Part shown: one piece after another, positions 6,841 to 13,743 of the stretch
Layout of the letters: the number at the start of each line of letters is the position of its first letter
How positions within the stretch are numbered: position 1 is the first letter of the stretch
IMG/VR virus record: IMGVR_UViG_3300010403_000015
Location: 1-41,446 of that record
DNA: 41,446 bases
DNA from: a virus
Reading direction: 5' to 3' (one strand)
Notes under the pieces: generated by a model
Database searches by the model: none
What the model was told of the DNA's origin: nothing
What the model saw: only the letters and a program-made list of their open reading frames with translations
Translations under genes and position numbers: made by a program

Positions 6841-7898
6841 CCGGATCCTGCTTTCCGTTCCCGCTCGGCGCGGCCCTCCGCGATCACGCGTGCGATGCAG
6901 TCGGGGTCCCAGGTGCATTTCGGATCGTGGGGACACGTCGACCCGGTCACGCCGTCGGACCGCCGCGGCGCTCGCGTGGGCGCCCGCGCCGATGTCGACG
7001 GCGCGCCGCGGAGCTTCGCCTTCCAAAACTCGAAGTCGTTCGCGTAGCGGCTGAGATCCTCGGTGTCCGGGATGGCCGCGAGGATGGCCGCGTAGCGGGC
7101 GAACATGCGCGCGTCGAGGTCCGCGTCGGTCTCGCCGGGTTGGCGTGCGAGCTTGCGGCGTTCTTCGAGATGGAACGCCATCGGCACGTGGACGCGTCCG
7201 TCGCACCAGGCGTGCGCGCGACCGAACGACGGACACGGCGGCGGTTTCGCGTCTCGCAGCGGCGGCGGCGATTCAGCGGGCGCGGTGGTGGTAGTTCTTA
7301 TAAGTGGTGGTACGTCGCGCGCGCGGATATGAAGTAGGCGCACGAACCTGTGAACGATCTGCACAGGTTTTTCGCCGTCCGATCGCCAACCTATGAACGA
7401 TCTGCACAGGTACACCACTAACCTGTGAACGATCTGCACAGGTTGCGCGATCCAACCTATGAACGATCTGCACAGGTTTTTCGCCGTCTGATCGTACGGC
7501 GCCGGTGGATCGGCGAAGAGATCGCCGGTCGTGTCGTCCGGCAACGTCGGCCGCGGCCGCGCGCGCCGCTCGACGGATCGCAGGTCCGCGCGCAGCGGTA
7601 ACGCCGCCGCGACGATCGGCGGCGCGCCGGCGAGGTGCACGATCTGGTAGCGGGCGATCTTGCCGAGCCCCCCATCAAGCACGAGTACTTCTCCAATCGC
7701 GACGAGGTCCGGCAGCCGTTTCACCACGGTCCGCAGCGATCGTCGAGCCTGGCTCGCGAGATCGGGCATGCCCACGAACGGCGTCGTGGTCTCCCCCTCC
7801 GGGACGAAGTGGGCGATCGCTTCGAAGAGATCGCGGGTGCCGTCCTTCACCGTTGGGTGTGTGCAGCCGCGGACGTACAGCAGCGCGGCGTCGCTCAT
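6837..7898 (-). CDS. Putative replication initiator (lambda-O-like organisation: N-terminal winged helix, origin iterons inside the gene)
   Basis: 353 aa. wHTH-like segment: MPDLASQARRSLRTVVKRLPDLVAIGEVLVL. Four 24-bp dyad repeats lie in mid-gene. No other replication gene is present in the genome. Confidence 0.55.
   Translation of the reverse strand: MSDAALLYVRGCTHPTVKDGTRDLFEAIAHFVPEGETTTPFVGMPDLASQARRSLRTVVKRLPDLVAIGEVLVLDGGLGKIARYQIVHLAGAPPIVAAALPLRADLRSVERRARPRPTLPDDTTGDLFADPPAPYDQTAKNLCRSFIGWIAQPVQIVHRLVVYLCRSFIGWRSDGEKPVQIVHRFVRLLHIRARDVPPLIRTTTTAPAESPPPLRDAKPPPCPSFGRAHAWCDGRVHVPMAFHLEERRKLARQPGETDADLDARMFARYAAILAAIPDTEDLSRYANDFEFWKAKLRGAPSTSARAPTRAPRRSDGVTGSTCPHDPKCTWDPDCIARVIAEGRAERERKAGSG
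7345..7477. repeat. Four iterons AACCT[G/A]TGAACGATCTGCACAGGT (7345, 7388, 7420, 7454); candidate origin of replication
   Basis: Read directly. Each has an internal dyad, ACCTGTG...CACAGGT. Copies 1 and 4 share a further 17-nt extension (ttttcgccgtc[c/t]gatcg). A less GC-rich patch follows at about 7283-7340. Confidence 0.7.
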
Positions 7899-8169
7899 CG
7901 CCGCCCGCTCCGCGCGCGGCCGGGCACCCGCATTTCCCGCAGGCTTGTGTCATAGAAAAAACTTGGGTACGATCTGGCTGTTCCAGCAGCGAGCATCGTC
8001 TTCCTTTCGATCCCCTCCGACGCGGCTTCCGCCTCACAAACGAAAGGCCGTGTCGGGGGGTTCCTTCCCTTCCGACGAGCGCCCGCTGGAATCGTGCGCC
8101 CTAATCCCGAATCCCGAACCTTGCGCCGTCGATCGCGTGGTGGCCCCGCACGGGATCGCGGATCGTGCC

Positions 8170-8289
8170 TTACACGCCGTCGCCGATGGTGTCCTCCTCC
8201 TCGTCGTCGTCGAGATCGTCGTCGTCGTCGTCCTGTTCTTCGGCCTCGTCTGCGTCGCCGAAGTCGTCCGCCGCGTCGTCGTCGCCCAT
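8170..8289 (-). CDS. Hyper-acidic peptide (39 aa, about 24 Asp/Glu)
   Basis: ATG 8289 lies 2 nt after the upstream stop. Sequence is MGDDDAADDFGDADEAEEQDDDDDDLDDDEEEDTIGDGV, with high GC3. Confidence 0.55.
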   Translation of the reverse strand: MGDDDAADDFGDADEAEEQDDDDDDLDDDEEEDTIGDGV

Positions 8290-8291
8290 CG

Positions 8292-8438
8292 TCAGTGCCT
8301 CTCGTCGTCCAATAACTCCGCCTGGCGTTTGGCGGTCATCTGGATCTTTTGCTCGACGGGCCGGTGCCGGCGGCGCCAGATCCAGACGAGCACCAAGCCC
8401 GTGGCCCCGACGATCGCGCCCGCGGTGAAGTCGTTCAA
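8292..8438 (-). CDS. Small single-pass membrane peptide (48 aa, TTG start)
   Basis: NDFTAGAIVGATGLVLVWIWRRRHRP... with about 45/48 codons ending in G/C. The frame opens just upstream, and TTG 8438 is the first start. It is below the ORF-track size cut-off. Confidence 0.5.
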   Translation of the reverse strand: MNDFTAGAIVGATGLVLVWIWRRRHRPVEQKIQMTAKRQAELLDDERH

Positions 8439-8577
8439 ATACGTGTCTCGCGCGTGGGCGAGTCACAGTACGGCGCGCCCTTAGCTACCGCGACGGCCGC
8501 CGGATGACGGAGGCCCACGCCGTTAGTGCGCCGAGCCATTCCACACGACCTCGAATTCATCCTCGCGATCCTTCCCG

Positions 8578-8793
8578 TCAGGGCGCCTCCTTCGCCGCGG
8601 TCGATCGGCCCGGCAGACTGAACTGCCGACTATGCGTGATGCCCGTGGCGACGACCGCGCCGCTTTTCAGGAGCGGTTTGATCTGATACCGCAGCGTGGC
8701 GGTCGACACCTTGAGCGCCTTCGCGAGATCGCCTGGACTCCGCGGACTCTTCGCGCGCAGCGCCGTGAGAATCCCCGCGCCGTGGGTCGTCAC
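8578..8793 (-). CDS. Winged-helix DNA-binding protein (71 aa)
   Basis: GTG 8793 is in a GTGA overlap with the upstream stop. HTH-like segment: PGDLAKALKVSTATLRYQIKPLLKSGAVVATG. Confidence 0.6.
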   Translation of the reverse strand: MTTHGAGILTALRAKSPRSPGDLAKALKVSTATLRYQIKPLLKSGAVVATGITHSRQFSLPGRSTAAKEAP

Positions 8794-9014
8794 GTCAGGG
8801 AGGCTCCGACGCGCTGGCCCGCGCTTTGCTCGTTCGTTCGTTCGTTCGTTCGTTCGTTCCGCCTCACGGCTTTTTTCGATCGACGGGGAGACGCGTCCTC
8901 GTCGGCAAGCGGCCGCAGCGACTCGATCGCCCGGAGCAACTCGCCGCGGCGCTGCTCGATCGCCTCGACTTCCTGTTCCAGGATCGCGATCGTTTTCAGC
9001 ACCGCGCTGCTCAT
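8790..9014 (-). CDS. Small coiled-coil protein (74 aa) carrying the (AACG)7 tract
   Basis: ATG 9014 (context TGAGGATG). MSSAVLKTIAILEQEVEAIEQRRGELLRAIESL..., and the tract encodes NERTNERTNE. Confidence 0.6.
   Translation of the reverse strand: MSSAVLKTIAILEQEVEAIEQRRGELLRAIESLRPLADEDASPRRSKKAVRRNERTNERTNEQSAGQRVGASLT
8831..8858. repeat. Perfect tetranucleotide microsatellite: (CGTT)7 on the + strand, (AACG)7 on the coding strand
   Basis: Counted directly: seven uninterrupted units. Confidence 0.95.
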
Positions 9015-9016
9015 CC

Positions 9017-9202
9017 TCAGCTCCGGATCAACGGTTCCGCCGTCCGAATCCAGTCCCGCAGGTCGACGCGGGTCTGGGGATTGGTCAGTAGGTCGTAGGC
9101 CTCGCACAGCAACTGCTGCACGACGTCGAACTTCCGCGCGTCGGCGAGGCGCTCGTCGGCGTGCGCCTGTTTGAGCGTGGCCAGTTCGACGGGGTCGGGC
9201 AT
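9017..9202 (-). CDS. Hypothetical protein (61 aa, helical)
   Basis: ATG 9202 is in a TGATG overlap. No motif recognised. Confidence 0.55.
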   Translation of the reverse strand: MPDPVELATLKQAHADERLADARKFDVVQQLLCEAYDLLTNPQTRVDLRDWIRTAEPLIRS

Positions 9203-9390
9203 CAGGACGCCTCATCCAGGATCGGGGCCTGCAGTTCGCGCCGGCCGGCTGCGGTGACATAGAACCGGGGCGGCGCGTCCGGATCGTCGTACGTCAGGTG
9301 CACGAGGCCTTCCCGGAGCAAGCGGCACACGTCGTCGACGAGCTCGGCTTCCGTCAGTCGCGCCGGTTTGGTATCCTCAGACTCGCGCAT
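9202..9390 (-). CDS. Hypothetical small protein (62 aa)
   Basis: ATG 9390 is preceded by GGAGGA 10 nt upstream. First gene after the 9391-9552 intergenic region. Confidence 0.6.
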   Translation of the reverse strand: MRESEDTKPARLTEAELVDDVCRLLREGLVHLTYDDPDAPPRFYVTAAGRRELQAPILDEAS

Positions 9391-9488
9391 GGCGGAACGG
9401 GTCCTCCGAGCCTGTTCTGGTGTCCGTGCTGCCCCAGAGGTCGCGGGTGCGAAACGGGTGCGGCATCGCGCTCGCGGCCTCTGCCCTT

Positions 9489-9520
9489 CCCCGGTAACTA
9501 CCCCCTAACTACCCGGTAAC
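9489..9520. repeat. Three tandem 11-bp units (minus strand GTTACCGGGTA / GTTAGGGGGTA / GTTACCGGGGA); candidate protein-binding array
   Basis: Read directly in the 162-nt intergenic region. The period is about one helical turn. Confidence 0.5.
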
Positions 9521-9552
9521 AATTCACGACGACGAGGATCCTTCGCGAATGG

Positions 9553-9702
9553 TCACGCCGGGTTGATCCGTCGATAGCCGTACTGCGTTTGTCGCGACGC
9601 GGGTTCCTCCACTGACGGCGCCGGAAACAACAGCCGCGCGCGCTCGTAGCAGCGGCCGAGTTCCTCGACGGCGAAGCGCCCTTGTCGCTGCGCGGGCACC
9701 AT
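9553..9702 (-). CDS. Hypothetical small protein (49 aa)
   Basis: Internal ATG 9702 is in a TGATG overlap. GC3 is moderate. Confidence 0.45.
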   Translation of the reverse strand: MVPAQRQGRFAVEELGRCYERARLLFPAPSVEEPASRQTQYGYRRINPA

Positions 9703-10274
9703 CAGCGCCGGGACCCGCTCTCGACGGAGGCTTCCACTTCCGCGCGCGTCGCGCTGCGCCCCTGACACCACCACGTCACGGCGATCGGCGCGCCGACCGT
9801 GATCAAGGGCTTCCCCTGCCCGTCATTCCAGACTTCGTAACTGCGCGTGATCCACAAACAGACGACGCCCGGATTCCGTCGCAAGCCCACGCCGCCCGGC
9901 TCGACGGCGTCCGCCGGGATGTCATTCTCGCGGCGGACCATCGCGGGATTCGAGAGGAACGGACAATTCCGGATCGACCATTCGGCGCACTCGCGGTGCG
10001 ACGGTGGCTCACTGATCGTCCGCGTGATTGCGCACATCGGGCCGATCGAGAACGCGAGCCAGCCGCCGAGTTTCTCGCCGCAGACCCAGCAGCGTTTCTC
10101 TGTCACCGCGCGGACGAACTTGCGCGCATCGACGGCGCGAAATTCCGGCACCGTCTCGGGGCCGTCGGGCCCATCAACCCACGCGACGAACCACGGGACG
10201 GGATAGCCGCGCGCGTCGACGCGCAGGTGTTGCAGGCGCGGCGGGAGGACTTCGAGGTCGGGTCTGAGGTCCAT
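9702..10274 (-). CDS. Hypothetical Cys/His-rich protein (190 aa)
   Basis: ATG 10274 (or GTG 10277) overlaps the upstream stop. Contains CWVCGEKL ... HRECAEWSIRNCPF. No family named. Confidence 0.7.
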   Translation of the reverse strand: MDLRPDLEVLPPRLQHLRVDARGYPVPWFVAWVDGPDGPETVPEFRAVDARKFVRAVTEKRCWVCGEKLGGWLAFSIGPMCAITRTISEPPSHRECAEWSIRNCPFLSNPAMVRRENDIPADAVEPGGVGLRRNPGVVCLWITRSYEVWNDGQGKPLITVGAPIAVTWWCQGRSATRAEVEASVESGSRR

Positions 10275-10774
10275 CACTTCGCCTCGAGGCCGGACGCGGT
10301 AGATCCTGTCGATCGGAGAGTCGCGCCCGGTGCGACGCGCGTCTCAGTCCGGTCGTCTTTCTTCGACGCTTGCGCCGTGAACCCCTCCCGACTCGCGGAC
10401 GTCCACCACGACGTCGTCGGCGCCGGCGGCTTGGCGGCATGCGGCTGCGCGATCACGGTCTGCGCATCGGGGATCCGTGGCGGCTGATAGCTCGCGAGCG
10501 CCCACTGCCGATCGGTTAACCGTTTGCCGACGACCTTGACCACCCCGCGCAGTCGCAGCGCTTGCAGCTCGCGATAGATCACGGTCTCGGGAATGTGGAG
10601 GGCTTCGCGGAGCTGCCACTTCTGCCGCGGGGCTGGTTGGAGCGCGAGCAGGATCGCGTTCTGGATCGCCACGTGATCGACGACCACGAGCTGATCGGCG
10701 GGATCGCGGTACGTGTCGCCGGGCCTCGCACTCGTGCCGGGGAGCTTCGGCGATCGCACCGGGGGGCGCGTCAC
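10274..10774 (-). CDS. Winged-helix DNA-binding protein (166 aa)
   Basis: GTG 10774 is in a GTGA overlap. HTH-like segment: WQLREALHIPETVIYRELQALRLRGVVKVVGK. Confidence 0.65.
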   Translation of the reverse strand: MTRPPVRSPKLPGTSARPGDTYRDPADQLVVVDHVAIQNAILLALQPAPRQKWQLREALHIPETVIYRELQALRLRGVVKVVGKRLTDRQWALASYQPPRIPDAQTVIAQPHAAKPPAPTTSWWTSASREGFTAQASKKDDRTETRVAPGATLRSTGSTASGLEAK

Positions 10775-10911
10775 GCCGCGGCCTCCCCGATCCGCAACAC
10801 CACCGGCGCCCGGGCCAAATAGATCATCGTCAAGGCCCGGGCGAAGGCCGTCGGGAACGTCACGACCTGGACATAGTCGGTCGCCAGATCCGTGATGAAG
10901 AGGAGGAACAT
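10771..10911 (-). CDS. Small hydrophobic protein (46 aa)
   Basis: Internal ATG 10911 is in a TGATG overlap. Sequence starts MFLLFITDLATDYVQVVTFPTAFARALTMIYLA..., with high GC3. Confidence 0.5.
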   Translation of the reverse strand: MFLLFITDLATDYVQVVTFPTAFARALTMIYLARAPVVLRIGEAAA

Positions 10912-11165
10912 CAGGCGCTCCGGGCCTTCCCCAGATCCGCCTTCGCCATGCGCATCGGCGGCTGGTGACGCCACTGCCCTGACAAGTACCGATCGACCAG
11001 GTCCGCGCGAAAGCGCATACAGCGGCCGACCCGCGGTTGGAGTTCTTCGAGGAACGGCAGCTCGCCGGCCTTCCGCAAGGTGAAGAACGTCCGGCGCGGC
11101 ATGTTGAGCAGCTCGGGGCTGAGGAGTTGCTTGAGCGTGTAACAGCGCGGGGAGGGGCCGGTCAT
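10911..11165 (-). CDS. Excisionase-family HTH protein (84 aa; Xis or an early regulator)
   Basis: ATG 11165 is in an ATGA overlap. YTLKQLLSPELLNMPRRTFFTLRKAGELPF ... RFRADLVDRYL fits the MerR/Xis-type wHTH pattern. Confidence 0.5.
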   Translation of the reverse strand: MTGPSPRCYTLKQLLSPELLNMPRRTFFTLRKAGELPFLEELQPRVGRCMRFRADLVDRYLSGQWRHQPPMRMAKADLGKARSA

Positions 11166-11362
11166 GCGACCTTCAAGAACAACTGGCCGATCTTCCGCTT
11201 CAGGACGCGGGCCAGGGCTCGCTGTTCGTCCTCGCTCGCCTCTCGGTGCCCGTTGATGATGTGACTGAGCCGGGTGTGGTGGATGCCGGCGGCCGCGGCC
11301 ACTTCGAACTGGGTCAGGCCGCTCTCGACGATCGCGATCTTCAGGGCCAGATTCTTGGGCAT
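11162..11362 (-). CDS. Cro-like XRE-family HTH regulator (66 aa); first gene of the leftward early operon
   Basis: LTQFEVAAAAGIHHTRLSHIINGHR is an XRE-type HTH. It is divergent from the CI-like gene across a 69-nt A/T-rich switch region. Confidence 0.75.
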   Translation of the reverse strand: MPKNLALKIAIVESGLTQFEVAAAAGIHHTRLSHIINGHREASEDEQRALARVLKRKIGQLFLKVA

Positions 11363-11379
11363 ATGCGTTGTAGGAGGGA

Positions 11380-11408
11380 AATATATATTGCTGTATAGTA
11401 ACTGTCAA
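11380..11408 (-). promoter_or_regulatory. Candidate sigma70-type early leftward promoter: TTGACA, 17 nt, TATATT
   Basis: The minus strand reads TTGACAgttactatacagcaataTATATT. The -10 ends 17 nt before ATG 11362, and no Shine-Dalgarno lies in between. Confidence 0.55.
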
Positions 11409-11418
11409 CATCATGTTG
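11406..11418. promoter_or_regulatory. Candidate operator: perfect 13-bp palindrome CAACATCATGTTG overlapping the -35
   Basis: Read directly. It lies between the divergent HTH genes. Confidence 0.35.
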
Positions 11419-11431
11419 TACGAAGTGATTT

Positions 11432-11740
11432 ATGAGCGTAATTCAGCTTGAATTCACGCCCGACGGCGTCGGTCCCTTGCTACCGTCGTTCTCGGTGGAC
11501 ACGAATTCTTCCTTACGGCAACGGGCGTTGCGCCTCGTCAAGCATGGGGTCAGCCAGAAAGTGTTGGCGGGCAAGATGGGGATGCAACCCGGCACGTTCA
11601 GCCGATGGCTGCGCGAGAAGGACGGGATCGGCCCCGCGTCCACCGTGGCGCTCGACGGGTTCAACGCGTACGTCCGTGAATTGGCGGACGCGCTGGCGGA
11701 CGAACCCGAACAGCGCGCACCCAAGCGATCGGTCGGCTAA
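11432..11740 (+). CDS. CI-like HTH repressor candidate (102 aa)
   Basis: VSQKVLAGKMGMQPGTFSRWLR is an HTH. It is co-oriented with the integrase and divergent from the Cro-like gene. A TATAGT -10-like hexamer lies at 11394-11399. Confidence 0.6.
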   Translation: MSVIQLEFTPDGVGPLLPSFSVDTNSSLRQRALRLVKHGVSQKVLAGKMGMQPGTFSRWLREKDGIGPASTVALDGFNAYVRELADALADEPEQRAPKRSVG

Positions 11741-11856
11741 TCCTCCTGAGCGATCACTTTCCGTTCTGGGCGCCCTGCAGCTACGAACTGCACCGGCGTC
11801 GGTGTTACCCGCGGCTCTGTCTCCTCGTTCACCCATCGGCTAGTTGAAAGTCTCAG

Positions 11857-12447
11857 ATGAAGATCCTGTTCTCGGCCCTCACGATCGTCGTCGCCCTCCT
11901 GCCCTCCCTCCGCGCCGCACAAGCGCCCGCCGCGGTCCCGCCGGGTCCCACGATGGAGGAAACCAAAACCTGGCTGGAATCGGAGGGTCGTGCGTTGATG
12001 CGCGCACGCGGGATCCAGCAGGATCGTCCGCGCTTGAGAGTGTCCACGGGCGAGGAGCACGTCGACACGCTGACCCTCACCGATTGCCGCCTCACGTGGC
12101 ACGCGCTGCGGACGATTGAGACGATCACCGTCACCGCGCGCGGATCGGTCACCACCGGCGCGGCGAACTGGACGGACGTCCGCCTAGACCTGCAGGACCT
12201 GAACCCGAGCAGCAGTGGGGTCCAACCGGAAACCTTGTTCACCGACGCGCCGATTTACGCGGTGCGGCTCGTCATTCGCGATCCCCGAACGGCCACCAGC
12301 ACCGCCTCCATCGACAACGGCAATCCGCAGGTGCTGCCGGCGGTCATCGTGCGCGCGCAGACGGCCGAAGACGGCCAGCGCATCGCGAACGCCATCAAAC
12401 GCGCCGCGGTCTTGTGCGGGGCCACAACGGGCGGCACCGTCTTCTAG
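11857..12447 (+). CDS. Secreted protein of unknown function (196 aa); lysogeny-module cargo
   Basis: Signal-peptide-like N-terminus MKILFSALTIVVALLPSLRAAQA. It lies between the repressor and the integrase. Confidence 0.7.
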   Translation: MKILFSALTIVVALLPSLRAAQAPAAVPPGPTMEETKTWLESEGRALMRARGIQQDRPRLRVSTGEEHVDTLTLTDCRLTWHALRTIETITVTARGSVTTGAANWTDVRLDLQDLNPSSSGVQPETLFTDAPIYAVRLVIRDPRTATSTASIDNGNPQVLPAVIVRAQTAEDGQRIANAIKRAAVLCGATTGGTVF

Positions 12448-12449
12448 TC

Positions 12450-13520
12450 ATGCCCCGCCGCAAACTGATCGGCATTCATCGGCGCCGCAAAGGCTGGCGC
12501 GTGGAGGTCCGCGTCCACCGGACGCTGTACACCAAACAGTTCCCGCTCGACACGCCCATCAGTGAGATGCGCGCGTGGCGGGAGGACCAGGTCGACCGGT
12601 TCAGCCGCACGCGGACGAGCGCCGGATCCTTTAGCGCCGACATCGACACGTACCTCGGGCGCGTCGCCGCGATGCCGACCTACCACCAGCGCGCGGCCCA
12701 TCTCGCCTTGTGGGCGCACGAGCTCGGGCGCGATCGCCCGCGGCGCTCCATCACCGCGGAGGAAATCGACGTCGTGCTGCAGGGGTGGCTCGAGACCCTC
12801 GCGCCGGCGACCGTCCGCAAGCGGCGCACCGCGCTGCAATCGTTCTTCCAGAAAATGAACGGGAAGAAATCAACGGATCCGAATCCCGTGAAGGCGACCG
12901 ACACTCCGGCCGCGCCGAAAGCCGAGGCGCGCGCGCTCGACTACCATCGGATCGCCGCCGCGATCGCCGCGATGCCGACGCACCGCGCCACGAAGAAGGG
13001 GCGCCCGCCCCGCCTGAGCCTGGCGCCGATCCGCGTGCGCGTCCTGGCCTACACCGGGATCCCGCCGGGGATTCTCAAGCGCGTCGGGCCGACCGATCTG
13101 CAGCTCACGGCCGGGACCGTGCGGGTCGTGCCGCGCCACAAAGGCGCCGGCGTCGAAGCGCGCACCCTGACCCTCACCGCCGAAGGGCTCGCCGCCTTCA
13201 AAGCGTTTCACGCGGCGCACGCCTACGGCCCGTTCGTGACCGAGTCGCTCAACCGCGCCTTCAAACGCGGCTGTAAAACCGCGGGGCTCGATCCGGCCAC
13301 GGTCCACCTCTACGACCTCCGGCACAGCTTCCTGACGGCGCTCTATCAGGTGACGCGCGATCTGGCGACGGTCGGGCGGCTGGGGCTGCACGCCGAAGGC
13401 TCACGCGTGACGGCGCGGTATGCGAAGGGCGCCGACCAGGCCGTCGATGCGGCGGCCGCGGCGGCGCTCAGTCAGTTCCTCGCGACGTCGCGGCAGTTGT
13501 CGCTGAAGCTGGCGACTTAG
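12450..13520 (+). CDS. int: Tyrosine integrase (356 aa)
   Basis: ATG 12450 lies 2 nt after the upstream stop. Contains VVPRHKGAG (Lys), HLYDLRHSF (H-x-x-R) and LGLHAEGSRVTARY (His, Tyr). The usual TGxR Arg-I position reads TGIPPGI. Confidence 0.85.
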   Translation: MPRRKLIGIHRRRKGWRVEVRVHRTLYTKQFPLDTPISEMRAWREDQVDRFSRTRTSAGSFSADIDTYLGRVAAMPTYHQRAAHLALWAHELGRDRPRRSITAEEIDVVLQGWLETLAPATVRKRRTALQSFFQKMNGKKSTDPNPVKATDTPAAPKAEARALDYHRIAAAIAAMPTHRATKKGRPPRLSLAPIRVRVLAYTGIPPGILKRVGPTDLQLTAGTVRVVPRHKGAGVEARTLTLTAEGLAAFKAFHAAHAYGPFVTESLNRAFKRGCKTAGLDPATVHLYDLRHSFLTALYQVTRDLATVGRLGLHAEGSRVTARYAKGADQAVDAAAAAALSQFLATSRQLSLKLAT

Positions 13521-13527
13521 GGATCGC

Positions 13528-13547
13528 GGTGGACTGGTCGGTGGACT
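13528..13547 (+). promoter_or_regulatory. Two direct GGTGGACT repeats (13528, 13540); candidate integrase arm-type sites
   Basis: Read directly. They are 12 bp apart and start 8 nt after the int stop. Confidence 0.4.
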
Positions 13548-13676
13548 TTCGCGTCGCCAACGGCTCGTTTTCGCATCGAACGGCACTCATCGACGCGCCG
13601 ACCCGGGACGCGGCGGCGGCGGCAATTGCGGCATATGTGGGGGTTACGCGCGCGCGCCGTCGGCACGGGTGGGGTA

Positions 13677-13722
13677 CGTCCCCAGCGGGATTCGAACCCG
13701 CGTTTTGGCCTTGAAAGGGCCA
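13677..13722 (-). other. attP core candidate: 46-nt 3' portion of a tRNA-Glu(UUC) gene (anticodon arm to 3' acceptor strand), not a complete tRNA
   Basis: The minus strand reads TGGCC-CTTTCAA-GGCCA-AAAC-GCGGG-TTCGAAT-CCCGC-TGGGGAC-G. The upstream sequence forms no D-arm, and its 5' acceptor pairs at only 5 of 7 positions. Confidence 0.7.
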
Positions 13723-13743
13723 CACCTTGCCCTCGTGTACCGC

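Noticed and set aside
7345-7477. Four regularly spaced 24-bp repeats that might be a mini CRISPR array.
   Set aside because: Spacers are only 8-19 bp. The repeats lie inside a long ORF, have internal dyads typical of iterons, and no cas genes or leader are present.
7895-7996. A 33-codon upstream ORF (MLAAGTARSYPSFFYDTSL...) with an AAGGAAG site and an ATGA overlap with the initiator gene start.
   Set aside because: The first half has low third-position GC, unlike real genes here. The region is more likely the initiator promoter and leader. It cannot be excluded as a coupling leader peptide.
8435-8560. A 41-codon ORF (MNSRSCGMARRTNG...) whose stop overlaps the TTG start of the membrane peptide.
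   Set aside because: Third-position GC is only about 68%, against more than 85% in confident genes, and there is no motif. It is treated as non-coding.
11371-11435. GGAGGG on the + strand followed by a 15-codon TTG-initiated mini-ORF in the switch region.
   Set aside because: There is no ATG or GTG, it is very short, and it lies entirely within overlapping promoter elements.
13468-13725. An 85-aa minus-strand ORF spanning the end of int and the attP core.
   Set aside because: It overlaps the integrase 3' end antisense and runs through the tRNA fragment, and its translation shows no motif.
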